Source of the DNA: Amoebophrya sp. A120
Lineage: Eukaryota; Protista; Dinoflagellata
Assembly: GCA_905178155.1 (NCBI GenBank)
Contig: CAJINV010000015.1
Span: forward strand, 705,309 to 769,308
Direction: 5' to 3'
Length of the DNA stretch: 64,000 nucleotides
In this document: positions 10,301-21,384 of the stretch, one piece after another
Position numbering within the stretch: position 1 is the first letter of the stretch
Layout: every line of letters begins with the position of its first letter
Notes under the pieces: model-generated
The model's database searches: none
Told to the model about the DNA's origin: nothing
Seen by the model: only the letters and a program-made list of their open reading frames with translations
Made by a program: the position numbers and the translations under genes

Positions 10301-12103
10301 GACTGCCTCGGACAAGTACTGGCCTACAGGGTGACCGACGTATCAAAATGACAAGGCCCCCCTCGTCCCCATATCAAAACGGGGATTTGTGTAGCGTGAT
10401 TTGTGATCACGAGTCTTGTTCACGTTGTCATGCTACTTAAAAGGGAAGAGATCGATACGAACAGTACTACAGTAGTACTGGCTTGGGTCGTTGGAAAGCC
10501 TTGCGGCTTCAGCATGACACGACGCAACTGGAAGCGGAAAACAGCATGACAGATTACCTGCAAGCTTTATTTCTCTTGGCCTTCTAGCAATACATTTGTG
10601 CTGTATAAATGCAAATACAGCATCACAAAATTTTTTCGGTATGGGGAGGGCGGATTTTTCCTCACAATACAAACCCGGGCGTCATCTCCAAGTACCGCAG
10701 CCGGAACATCTCGTGGTTTCCCAACAGAAAAATGACCTTCCCGCCAACCCGTTCCCTATGAATTGCAAAAGTATCGTACTCGTATAAATGCATTTACAAA
10801 TTTCCTCAGCACGAGAAAGAAAATTTGTAATGCAGATCTGCGTCTGCCTTAAGACAAAGATTTGTAATGCAAGACGTGCATTTATACGAATACGATACTT
10901 TTGCACAGGATATTCCGCTTTCTCCTGCAAATCGAAAATCAGGTCGTAGATTTCCCGTCCATCCGGTCCACGATCAACGATGTCGCCCGTGCAAATCAGC
11001 GTTCGACGGCCCATATGCATTGCAAGCATGGAAGATCTGGGTCACTGGATTTGTCGTGTGAGATTTCAACGACAGCAAGACCAAGATCTGGTAGACGTAG
11101 ACTACAAGTAACCCGCTTATGTTTTGATGCCCCCGTGCTTTTGAGTGCATGGGAGTTTGTCATGCGTGTTATGATTATGTATGGTTCATAATTTCTCAAG
11201 GAATCTGTAGAAAAAGTTGGCCTCGTCTACTAGTAAAAACTTGTCATGCTGTTATGATGTTGCTGTACAACTGGCTACTCATCTGCGATGTCGACTTCAG
11301 CAACACAAGTTTCCAAACCCAGATCGATATTTGCAATGCATAGCCACCGATCCACGTGACGCCGCTCGCAGCTTCCAGCACGCCCGCGAGCACGAGGGCT
11401 TCGCGCGCGGCCGTCAGTATCCAACAGAAAAAGTTAGGTAGGGCATACAATTTCCTGTAATGCAAAAATAAGTACACAAGCTGCATTGCATCTCCCAAAC
11501 AGAATGCTATGGGCTCGCCCATGACAGTTTTCAATTTTTGTTCATGTAATTAAGTAGTTTTGAAGAAAAATTTATGCCCCGCCTGCTTTTTTCTCTGGGA
11601 TAATCAGGTCTCCATGAAAATCTGCCACGGACAATACGACGTCCATCGTTTCTATCCAAGAAAAAAACGCTGTTCGTGTAAATTTGTGATGCGCAACATG
11701 CAAGATGATTGCGTCTGTCATGCTTGGCATGTATCCTAGGGTCCATTAAACCAGGGCGTTTCCACGTACTGTCTGCGCATGACAGGTTTCCCCCGCTGTC
11801 ATGCCAGACAAATTTGTAATGCTGTTCCGCCAAAAAAGTTACACCTACAACGTTTTTTTCTTGGATAGTTTCGTCGGCAGAAGGGCTTGAAACAAAGAAG
11901 GCCTTTGCCACTTCGGGCGGCATTCCAGGCAAGTGGGTGGACCGTTCTAACTCGGAAGAAGCGCGGTTCCACAGACTCAATAACGCGTCCTCGATTTTTT
12001 TTGCGCTCGCGAGTAAGAACTGCTCGTCGCCAGAAGGTGCGGTGGCCGAGGTAATTTCCGTAAACACCGACCAGATGCGGTCCGAGTATGGAGGCGCTCT
12101 CAA
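7343..12103 (-). CDS. Shewanella-like (SLP-type) calcineurin-like metallophosphoesterase with long low-complexity C-terminal extension; 10 introner-type introns; both ends uncertain
   Basis: Spliced motifs in order: VLSVADFHGDL (DxHG), ICTGDIVDRGPD (GDxxDRG), FLLGNHE (GNHE), LYMHAS, SPFWGR..DCSEVDAALQFFGVDRIVNGHSIQ, CEGKIILADIAMS. This is the PPP-family/SLP signature set. Confidence 0.9.
7443..7655. mobile_element. Introner family D (213 bp)
   Basis: TIR TATCCAAGAAAAAAAACGTTGT / ACAATGTTTTTTTCTTGGATA; flanks GCCTG/GCCCG; homologous to 11653..11867. Confidence 0.92.
7964..8253. mobile_element. Diverged introner family B (290 bp)
   Basis: GTGTCTGGGTCGGGAAGGA / TCCTTCCAGACCCAGACAC; flanks diverged, but element plus 5 bp removal joins GGA/APLDAVGG in frame. 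Confidence 0.8.
8999..9108. mobile_element. Introner family A (110 bp)
   Basis: Same TIR as 36..143; TSD GCAGC/GCAGC. Confidence 0.95.
9229..9549. mobile_element. Introner family G (321 bp)
   Basis: TIR TATGG..CAGGATCGAAATC / GATTTCGATCCTGACGCCTCCATA; flanks diverged; removal joins PALE/GKAVYY in frame. Confidence 0.85.
10010..10292. mobile_element. Introner family F (283 bp)
   Basis: TIR TATCGTAT..AAAAACGTCCCC / GGGGACGTTTTT..ATACGATA; TSD TCCTT/TCCTT. Confidence 0.92.
10341..10669. mobile_element. Diverged introner family E (329 bp)
   Basis: TATCAAAATGA..CCCCCC.CGTCCCCATA / TATGGGGAGGGCGGATTTTTCCTCACAATA; interior homologous to 48757..49056. Confidence 0.8.
10757..10912. mobile_element. 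Introner family C (156 bp)
   Basis: TGCAAAAGTATCGTA / TACGATACTTTTGCA; flanks TTCCC/TTCCG; opposite orientation to 4340..4489. Confidence 0.9.
11014..11342. mobile_element. Degenerate introner (329 bp)
   Basis: TATGCATTGCAA / TTGCAATGCATA termini; removal plus 5 bp joins WIGG/RRTLICTGD. Confidence 0.8.
11418..11602. mobile_element. Degenerate family D-like introner (185 bp)
   Basis: TATCCAACAGAAAAA / TTTTTCTCTGGGATA; flanks GTCAG/ATCAG; joins HGDL/TAAREA. Confidence 0.8.
11653..11867. mobile_element. Introner family D (215 bp)
   Basis: TATCCAAGAAAAAAACG / CGTTTTTTTCTTGGATA; TSD GTTTC/GTTTC. Confidence 0.95.
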
Positions 12104-12801
12104 CTGTTACATTCTCAACTGTTGCATGGCTTTGTGATGCAAAATGGGCATCAACGTAAACATGGTAAAGCTACTTCGCATGACAAATTTAAATTTTGGG
12201 AGGGCCAAACAGCATGGGACTCTGTGCTGAATTTGTTGTAATGCAAGACTTGCAAGATCCGGCCTTTCCTTAACGTCATACCATGCGGCTTGTGATTTAA
12301 ATTGTGACAGATTTGGGACGGATTTGGGACGGCCAGCTTTTTCTGATTCTAGGCGCCCCAAACCGGTCATATGGCCAAGCCATGGCGGGGCGGTGTGGGA
12401 CTTGGCGGCAGGGCTAGCGCGCGTGTTCTGAACGTGTTCTACCGCTTGGGCAGAACCTAAAACCAAAGCTGCGAAAGTACGGCCATCATCCCCCACACCA
12501 TTGCCTGGGGCGTTCCTTTTCACATCTACATAGGGCGACCCAGGGGAATGAAAGGCCGACGACTGGCGGCTTCCAAGGGCCAACAGGTAGCAGCACAGAA
12601 AGCTGGGAGATGTAGAATGCAAAGGTAAAGAGGAAGAACGTTTGCGGCCCGAAGGGCCGCCGAGCGAAAATTTTCGCCAGTGCCAGGCGCGCACCCATTA
12701 AGCAAAATTCGAGACCGACCGAACGGGCACGGAGAGAGTCCCGAAGAGAAAGCAAGCGCTTCTGGGAAGACGCAACTTTTCAGATTTTGACGCCAAGCTT
12801 T

Positions 12802-12929
12802 TCAATTTCAAATGCAGGTCATAAACAGGTCCGAATTAGGTCAGAAATCCAGAATGTAATATAGGGACGGGATTCCTGACCTAATTCTGACCTAATTCGG
12901 ACCTTTTTCTGACCTCCATTTCAAATTGA
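12802..12929. repeat. Inverted repeat with approx. 45-bp arms
   Basis: TCAATTTCAAATGCAGGTCATAAACAGGTCCGAATTAGGTCAGAA pairs with TTCTGACCTAATTCGGACCTTTTTCTGACCTCCATTTCAAATTGA. Confidence 0.85.
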
Positions 12930-12970
12930 GCCGGAGGCCATGATCTTCGTCCCAAATTGGCCCAGACCCA

Positions 12971-13170
12971 CTGATCGCGATTTCAAATTGATGATCGCGA
13001 TTTCAAATTGATGATCGCGATTTCAAATTGGTGATCGCGATTTCAAATTGGTGATCGCGATTTCAAATTGATGATCGCCATTTCAAATGCCTGATCGGCA
13101 TTTCAAATGGGCGATCTCCATTTCAAATCGCTGATCGCAATTCCAAATTGACGATCTTCATTCCAAAACC
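12971..13170. repeat. Tandem minisatellite, 20-bp unit NTGATCGCGATTTCAAATTG, about 10 copies decaying rightwards
   Basis: Read directly; no unique spacers. Confidence 0.95.
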
Positions 13171-13495
13171 CACACCAGGCCAGTCAAATCTCTCTCCAGT
13201 CCTGTGCCGCCGTATGGGCGTAGCTTATTTTGGTGCCACACCAAGGCGAAACTCCATCGCGGGGAACCATGGGAGTGGGCTGCGGGGCACAACGATGGGC
13301 CTAATTTGCAATGCCAAAACGAGCTCTGGCGCCCGCAATGCCCGCGCGTGCTCTCGAACAGGAGCGCTGCTTTTCAAAAAACCCTGTCCGTCCCAATATC
13401 GTCAACAATTGGTCAACATTCTATTCTGCGCCGGTTGGTACAGCGTTAACCTTTCCTTGTAGCCACTCTTGCATCACAAATCCACGTAAGAACAG

Positions 13496-15738
13496 CTAAG
13501 AATGTACTAACAGTTGAGAACGCCATACCGAGTGGGCTTCGCAGAATCGCTGCGACCACTCTGGTGTAACGGTCGCGAGGGTGGCCAGCATGAGCGGAAG
13601 GTCGGAGAAACGCTGAAAAACGTCAGAGAATTGCAGCAGCGCGGGTTCTTCTCCTCGTTGAACGCTCGAGTAGATCAGTGTCGAAAGTTGTCCGCAGGGA
13701 GATGTTGACTCAAGAACGCCAGCATTATGCTCGTCCGGTAGTCTGTCGCTTTGGAGGTGGCGGCCGTGAGACAACAGGAGGCCTTCTCCGGGTTGTGGTG
13801 CCTTGGGAAAAGTAGTGCCAACACCGTTTGGTGTTCCATCAACAACATCCCCGACTGTGACCAGGGTACCACGCTCAAGGCGCTGTCTCTGGTCTTGTGG
13901 CCCAGCAAGCGCTCCTCCTGAAGATGCAGGACCACCTCCCTGCATCATGCCGCCGCCTGCAATTCCGGTATTTCCGGACACCGAGGACAAGCGGCGCAGC
14001 TCTTCTTCTAGAGCGTGAATCCTTCCTAGCAAGGGGTCTCCTAGAAGATCAGACAATGCGCTCAGTCGCACACGAGGACCCTGGAATTCCTCGAAGACGT
14101 TCTGGATCTGCTCCAGTTCCGCGCGACAAAAATTCTGCCATAATTGCTCTTGATCAACACTGGCTCTCGGCAACCCTGGGATTTTCGTTAGCGCTTGCTG
14201 AATTGCAAAGGTCGACTCGGAATGGGTTGGATCAAGAAACCACCCCAGCACGTTGCGATACCGCTCGCAAGGCGGATGCGCTATCCCCTCAGGTCCCGCC
14301 ACAAGGTTGACGTCAAGATCCTCTTTGTATCGCGAGAAAAAACTGCTTCACTGTAAACTTCTTGTAATGTAGTTGCAGAGAATGTATCTCGCAAGTGTTT
14401 GTCTTGCTACACATGCAACACAGTGGATTTTTTTTAGCTGCGTTTTCCCTCAGGAACCTTGCATGAGAAATTTTCTCTGCCGTGTAGAGCAAACGACCTG
14501 CAAAATCCCTACAGTGATGAAACACTTTTCTCTCACGATACTTTGAGGGGGAACTGCAAGCGAACAACGCTTGGAGGTGGAGGTGGTGCCCCTGCTGCGC
14601 TCCCTCCCGCTGCGAGAGGATCTGGGGATAATCCGAATGGTGTTTCTTGTTCTTGCTGCGCTTGTGACAATCTGGAATGCGTGGCCTCGATCATCTCGCG
14701 GAATTCCGCAAACCTGGCATCCAGGTTTTCGAACTCCATGGCGTTCACCGCGTCGATAATCCCCTGGTCCAAACCAGAATCGGAAAGATCGTCCCACTTG
14801 CCAAGAATCTCCTCGTGCTTCGCTTTTTCTTCCGCCTCATTGTTGCTACTGGACGACATGCCGAGTACTAATGACATGATGCTCGCCCCCATCACGGACG
14901 TCGACTGGGGCTTCTGACCACTTGCCCAGGTGAGTCCTGCCACGCCTGGCACATCTTCAGCTGTGGGCAAGTACTTCTCTGGGTGCAAAAATTCCTGCAC
15001 CCAGTGCTTGGTTTTGACACGATTGGTGAACGTCTGTTTGTTTGCCGCGTCGCTCCTGGCAAAGACTTCGGCACAATTTTCGTTTGTAGCTCTGCGCACC
15101 CCGCCGTCGTCGCCATTCCCTACTTCTACGTGGTCCGAGAAGTGCAAGCTGCAGAAGCGCTCATAAATCAAAAGTGCCAGACCATTCTGGGGGGCGGATG
15201 GGTTCGCTTCGTCGGGCCTACGACACATTTCATTTCCCTGCTCGGTGTACTTGTTACACACGAACTGCACTTCGCCTTGTTGGTGCTTGGTGAGTAGGCT
15301 CCACGAGCTATCGGCTTTGTTCTGGTCTTCCACAGTGTAAAACCTGGGTGAACCCGGAAAGTATTCGCCATGAATGAGCCCATTTTCTCGCCGGATGACG
15401 GCTAACAGCTCCGCGCTCACCTCTGTTGCTGCTGTCGCTATCAAAATGAAAAGCCCCCCATTCCCATATCTGAAACGGAGTTTTTCTTTCTGGTTCTGAT
15501 GCTGGACGATGCGCGCAGTGTCTTGCAATATGGGACTGCGGCCAGGTCGATCCGCAGCCTGGGTAGAGGCGTTTGAGTCGCTTAGCTTCGCATGGCAAAC
15601 GGCCGCGCTGAAGACCCAGCAGCAAAAGAAATCGCTTCCATTATGATGCGGAGAAGCCTCTGCACATGCGCTTGCCTGCTTGCAAGGCGAATAAAAAGCA
15701 GATACACTTTTATAATTGTGCACACATCTTCTACTCAA
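13496..15738 (-). CDS. Hypothetical protein (ORFs 14533..15738 and 13496..14302 joined across the 14328..14540 introner)
   Basis: In-frame join LQFPLK/EDLDVNLVAGPEG. May be part of one gene with the ORF at 15751..16620. Confidence 0.7.
14328..14540. mobile_element. Introner, D-size class (213 bp)
   Basis: TATCGCGAGAAAAAA / TTTTCTCTCACGATA; TSD CTTTG/CTTTG. Confidence 0.85.
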
Positions 15739-15750
15739 TCAAAATCAACT

Positions 15751-16620
15751 TCAAATCGAAATCAGCATCATGATCTTAGGCTTTCCCTTTCCCTCTTCAA
15801 AATAATATGGGAAGGGAGGACTTTTCCTTACAATAGGAGTTTTTGCTGCTTCTTCGTCCCAATCGAGAGGCTTCAACACGAGCCACTTCGCGGCGTCGTT
15901 CCAGAGGTGAAACCTCTGGTCCAGGTTCGGAGACGTCCTCTCTCTCTCCTGTCGAGTCGCAAGCTCTTTGAACGACCACAACCGGCGCACCTTGTGCCGT
16001 TCGGCCTCTTTCGGCGGATCGACAAGAGCTTCTTCTGTCGGAACGAACCCAAGCGAGGTGCGCCATACAGATGTAGCGGGAACCGGAACCTTCAGAAGGT
16101 CGCCGAGGAGAACACCCCCCAAGTGTGTCGCATCTTGTGCCGACTGTCCGTTCCAGAATCCGTTCGGATCCAGAAACGCCTCGAACCACAAAGGATTCAA
16201 GAACGCTCGTCTGCATGCCGCGTCGCTATCGCATCCGCTTCTATCGGTGACGACCTGCCTTGCAAACTGCTTCATCATTTTGACATTTTTGTCTTGTCGG
16301 CTCTGGCGGCACTTGTTTTTTTCGTCCTCTGCCTGGTGAAAATACAGAGCACAGAAGCAGCCCCATTGGAAAGTGTACTGCTCTTCGGCGGAGGACAGCT
16401 TTTGCGCTGCTTCCTGCTGGGCTTTAGTAAGCCACTTCTCGACGAATTTTTCGATCTCAGCATCAACAACGCCAACACCAACTTGAACTTCCCGTCTTCC
16501 TGCTCCCGCACCTGCTCCACCTGCAACAACATCTGCAGCCGCCGGAGCCCCGTTAATATCGGGAGGAAAACGGGTCCCCCCACCCGTACCCCTTTTCCCT
16601 TTGTTCCGCGAGTACTTTAA
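15751..16620 (-). CDS. Hypothetical protein exon
   Basis: Long GC-rich open frame (part of ORF 15751..16806) with protein-like composition; no family recognised. Confidence 0.55.
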   Translation of the reverse strand, partial: LKYSRNKGKRGTGGGTRFPPDINGAPAAADVVAGGAGAGAGRREVQVGVGVVDAEIEKFVEKWLTKAQQEAAQKLSSAEEQYTFQWGCFCALYFHQAEDEKNKCRQSRQDKNVKMMKQFARQVVTDRSGCDSDAACRRAFLNPLWFEAFLDPNGFWNGQSAQDATHLGGVLLGDLLKVPVPATSVWRTSLGFVPTEEALVDPPKEAERHKVRRLWSFKELATRQERERTSPNLDQRFHLWNDAAKWLVLKPLDWDEEAAKTPIVRKSPPFPYYFEEGKGKPKIMMLISI

Positions 16621-17600
16621 TACTAGTATTTTCAAATAAAAAAAGACGAGGATCTGCGAATGCCACGAGGAATAATTCGTGCTGGTGCCATCATCAGCAA
16701 AGCAGGAAAGGTGTTTCCACCTGTCAGTCCGACACTGACGCGGTCGAGTGACAGAGAGAGAGACTCGCGAAAAATGTAAGTAGGCTCCATGTATAACATA
16801 AAACAAATAGTATAAGTAATATCACGACTGCTCAGGATCCTGATGTCAACAAACATCAAGTAGGTCCATTTCAGTTCGGCGAATTTGACTTCAAGTTCAC
16901 TCGTAGTTTACGTTTAGTAATAGTAATGTCATCGCGTCATAAATGTATTACCTATTACATGATTGCACACGTCGGCTGCATTTTTCGGAAAAGAAATCCC
17001 ACATCTTGATGTAGGCCAGCACTACAAGGACACCATGCTTAAGCATTTTCTTTCTGCGGTTCGGTCATCATCATGATTTTTCTAATTTTCAGAAGTCGCA
17101 GCAACTTCTAGTTCATCTTCGAGCATTTTTATTGCTGATAGGAGGGCCGGACATCAGATGTCCGGCCCTCCTACGCCTACAACAAGAATCTGCTGCTGAA
17201 CGTACATCCTCCTCCTCGGTCGTGAGCCTATACGCAACGGTCGCGTTGCCTTGCGGCAAGATAGAACAGGAGCTAGAGTCAGAGGACTACAGCAGTTCCT
17301 TTACAGGAGGACTTGCGTTCTCTACTTCGCGGAGGTGGCAGCTGCTCGTAAGTACTCATAGTATCTGCAGCTTGTGCTTGCTGCTGCTCCTGCAGCATTG
17401 CTAGCCCTTCATCAGGATGCCCAGGTAACGAAAGCGCTGGCCTTCTCTCTGACGTAGAAGTCAGCGCAACTCGACATACATGTTTCGAGGGCGGCGCGAG
17501 GACTCTGCTCGAGCGCTGCTCAGTCTCCGTGCTGCGCAAGCGAGCACCTCTAAACTTTGATTCCCACGCCAAGAGGACGAGTACAAAATGAAAAAAGTAT

Positions 17601-18322
17601 TTATATGCAGAATTGTGGATGTTGACAAAAGAAAATGTTGTTGAGCCGATAAGTGCTACCACTGCCATCTCGTCCATAGTAGCAGACTACTATGGCTATG
17701 CGGGGTCCACGGGGAAGGGGTGGCTTTGCTTTCCTTTGGTAAGTGCGTTTTGGCTGGACGGGTTCTTCGGGAGTCGAATCGGCGGACGCTTCCATACCAC
17801 CGGGCGCTTCTATATTGTCTTCGATCGTGTTGTGGCCGAAATTCCTGCGAAGCGGTGTGAAGTACGCATATTCCAGCAGTTCATATGCCTGGTCAGCAGT
17901 TATATCGTCCCAGCGGAAGTTGCGGATGTTAATGTTGGCGCGTTCAAGTGCAATCGGTAAATCCGGGGGGACGTGCTCGAGGAGGCCCTTTTGACCTGCT
18001 TCCGCTTGGGCAAGAACTGTAAGCGCAGTAGGTAACATGTCTACTGCAGATATCAGGTCGTACAACATGATCCACTTGCCCGTGGGTCCATTCCAGGATC
18101 CCTCCCATGATCGCGTCCGGTCCTCATTCACAATTCGCTCGATTGCGATACGGCAGGGAGACTGCGTGTCCACCAGGGGTGCACCACCTCCGTTTAGGTT
18201 TCCGTACTTTTGTTCAAACATGGCACTCATCTTGCTTTTCTGCATGGAACTGGAAGGCGGCCCGTCTTGTGTCTTAATCCCCAACTCCCGGAGTACCATC
18301 TGTGCGTCCTGCACTATTTCCA
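17601..18322 (-). CDS. Hypothetical protein exon (probably joined to further exons at 18490-18610 and 19100-19600)
   Basis: 242-aa ORF bounded upstream by a TATGCATTGCAAA introner-like terminus at 18323. Confidence 0.55.
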
Positions 18323-19237
18323 TATGCATTGCAAATGTGTCTATTGGGTCCTCGGGAAATAAAAATCAAAACTGTAGTGATGCGAGTTGTGTGAACGCAA
18401 AAAGAAAAAACTGCGCTGCGAAGTCCCCAAAAAATACCCGACCTTTGTCTCAATGAGGGAGCATCGATCTCCCGCACAGAGGAGTACGCATAGGGAAACC
18501 ACCGCAGAATTAATTTGCCATGCTCCAGGTCCATCCCAGAGCCAGACCTTCTTGTAGAAAGATGCAAAAGTAGCCGCGGCATGATCATGAATAAAGTGTC
18601 TGCTTTCATTCTTCGAGACCCAAAAACATAGGCATGCGATATTTCGGGTTAAAAGGCAAAAGTAGGGGAATATGAACGAGAAACGCAAACTTCTCCTCGT
18701 CTACTCCGCGAGAACGACCCCAGCAAAGGGAAGAGGCTGACTGCGTCTCTACCTGCACCTGCACACACTGACACGAATCTAACAACTTCTCATGCATAAT
18801 TTGTGCAAAAATATGAACTAGAAGGAACAGGAAGAGTTGCCATCAAATAAGAAACTAATAAGATCGCGCATCTTCTTAGTTCTTGCTCAATGTCGATATG
18901 CAGAGACTCAGAAACTCAAACTGTTTTAATCGTAATACCAACTCGAACGCGACATTGTCGCTGTTGTAGTTGTCATGTCTACAGAAATTCAAATTGATTC
19001 TGGTGCCAGCGCCGACAATACAACGGCGTCAATGATCAATGAAAGAATGGTAACAAGAGGAAGAGCCGAGGCCGACCCGTAGTCAATAAATAAACGCAGT
19101 CAGCAAACGAGTTCCTTTGGAGGTCCTCGTCAGGCGGGGACGAGGCGAAGTCGTGTTTTCACTCGTGTATCGAAAAACAAGCCAGGCAACCATGTCGTCC
19201 AGACTGTTCCACTTGGGAGGAGCTTGACCGGGGGGAC

Positions 19238-19548
19238 TATGGACGTGTCAGAATCGAAATTAACAAAATCGAAAAGCTTGTCTGTGATGCACAAAATACA
19301 TGCCAGCTGGAGCCTCAGTTTCCAAGTGGCGCATGACAAATTTCGGGGGCACCCACATCCGGTCTGTCATGCTGTTTGGGCAAAGAAGACTGCTCCTGTC
19401 ATGCTACTCTGGCAGCACACTGCATACCCCTAAACAGGCTTACAATCGGCCTCATTTGCCTGCTCCCCAATACAGGCCTTCAGTGCCCTACATCTTTATG
19501 CATAACAAATTTTTTGATTTTGTCAATTTCGATCCTGACAGTTCCATA
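19238..19548. mobile_element. Introner family G (311 bp)
   Basis: TATGGAC.TGTCAG.ATCGAAATT.ACAAAATC / GATTTTGTCAATTTCGATCCTGACAGTTCCATA; removal plus 5 bp gives YASNG/PGQAPPKWNSLDDMVAW on the minus strand. Confidence 0.85.
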
Positions 19549-21204
19549 TCCGTTGGAGGCATAAAATTCACTTACCTGAAGTTTTCGCTCATGCTGAAGC
19601 TCCCCCAGTAGCTGGCTTTGCTGTGTGCGGTATATCCTAGGGAAAACTAACCTCATCGTAGTATACTGTTACGCACAGCTGCTGCGCAAACAAGTAAAGA
19701 TAAAATAATATGCATGCTTTTCGTAATTTTCACTTTGATCATTTATTTTACGGCCCACGTGCACGTGGTCAACACAGAAGCTCGTCCTTGTTTTCTCTGA
19801 TATGTAAGTACTAATGTTGTATGCAGCAAGTCTGCAGCCTCTGGTGCTCCTACACCTCCTGCTGCTCGTCCTGCAGCAACAACAAAAATACTTACAGTTA
19901 AAGGTCCCGCTCGGGCGGTTGTGCTTCTCAGGATAAGAAGCTCGCGCTAATATGGCAGAGTTCTCACGAAATTTCCGTGAGTTTCAGATGATCATGTCGT
20001 CAGCCACAACGCAATCCGTGCCACGTATACTACGGTGTCTTTGCAGGTGCAATGCGTATTATCTTGCTCTTGAAAGATTTGCAACGCCGTACTCAAGACG
20101 TCGGGCGCAAGGGCCTCACTGTTCGGGTCGACGTCATCTTCCTGGCCCATGCCGGAGTTGCTCGTAGCTGTCGGTCGTTCCGCTGCCGGCCAGTTTTCCA
20201 ACTTGAGAAAGTTTTATGCTACTGTCATTTGGGGAGAACTCCTTCAAATCCGTCATTTTTTTAGGAAGTACTAGACCCTTGCTGTAGTGTTCTATATATC
20301 ACACCATCAGCATGCACCTCCTCCACGTCAACATGCAACCATTACGCACCGCCCCTTGCTTGTGTCATTTTGAAGCCAGCACGAGGACACAGGCAACTCT
20401 TACGAACATAAAGGCTCCTCCAGATAAGAGGACCTCACACAAAGTACCGTCACTCTGTCTTCAGCGGAGAAGGAGGTAGAGGTACAGCCACTTCCTCATA
20501 CTAATATCGTCGACGTGGTAGGGGAACTTATTTACACATGCGTCTCATGCAAGGAGTCTGCTTTCGTCTTCAGGCGCCGGGGCACCTCGGCAAGTAAAAT
20601 GGTCTATAATGAAAATCAAAATGATCGCAGCTCTCTACCAATAATAGCCGCCTCAGCGGGGGTAGTGAGGTCGTGGCAGTTTTTTTGTCTTCACGCCAAA
20701 AAAAACGCGGCCCCTCTGCCCACCATGCCATCGTGAGTAAGGTTATGCACGACGGCACGGCGGTCGCTAAAAATCGCGATCCAGTGCTGGCCATCATTTG
20801 GCTTCGAATCGAAAAAACCATCCCCGCATGCTATGGCCCCGCCCGGGCCGCCGCCGGGGTCGGCCCCTTGGGAGCCCCAAATCGGGCCCATGGCATGCGG
20901 ATTGGCTTTTTGCTTTCGGCGGACTTTGTTTTTTTTTGTTTTTTTTGTCAAAGTGCCGCGCTTCCTGGTCTTAAGTCCGCCTCTGAAGTGGCGGACTTTG
21001 GTGGCGTCTTTTGCGGGGCCCGAATGTGGGCCAAAATGAGGCCCATACTATGCGGATTCGCTGTTTTTTTCGGAGTGCTGCTTTTTGGGCGTCCCTTTTT
21101 GGGCGCCTCAAATCGACGGGAACAGACGCGGCGGGCGCCTCAGAAGGGCGCCCCTTTTGCCGGCTCCCCTGCGTCGTTTTATCAAGCGCGAATCGATAGA
21201 ATTG

Positions 21205-21253
21205 GCTCGGGCTTTTTTGACAACAAAGGCTTTGTTGTCAAAAAAGCCCGAGC
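21205..21253. repeat. Perfect 24-bp palindrome with 1-nt spacer
   Basis: GCTCGGGCTTTTTTGACAACAAAG-G-CTTTGTTGTCAAAAAAGCCCGAGC; outer arms TTTATCAAGCG/CGCTTGATAAA at about 21178 and 21278. Confidence 0.95.
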
Positions 21254-21384
21254 TACAAAGCCCCGGCCGCTTGATAAATAAAATGTTTCTATGTCAAAAA
21301 ACACCTCCGGCCGCTTGAAAACTGCCTGTCGTTTTGGATAAGACATGTCAAAAAAACAGCTAGGATAGAACGTTCGTGACCTCA

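Noticed and set aside
12971-13170. 20-bp array as a CRISPR array
   Set aside because: Repeats are contiguous with no unique spacers, there are no cas genes and the context is eukaryotic.
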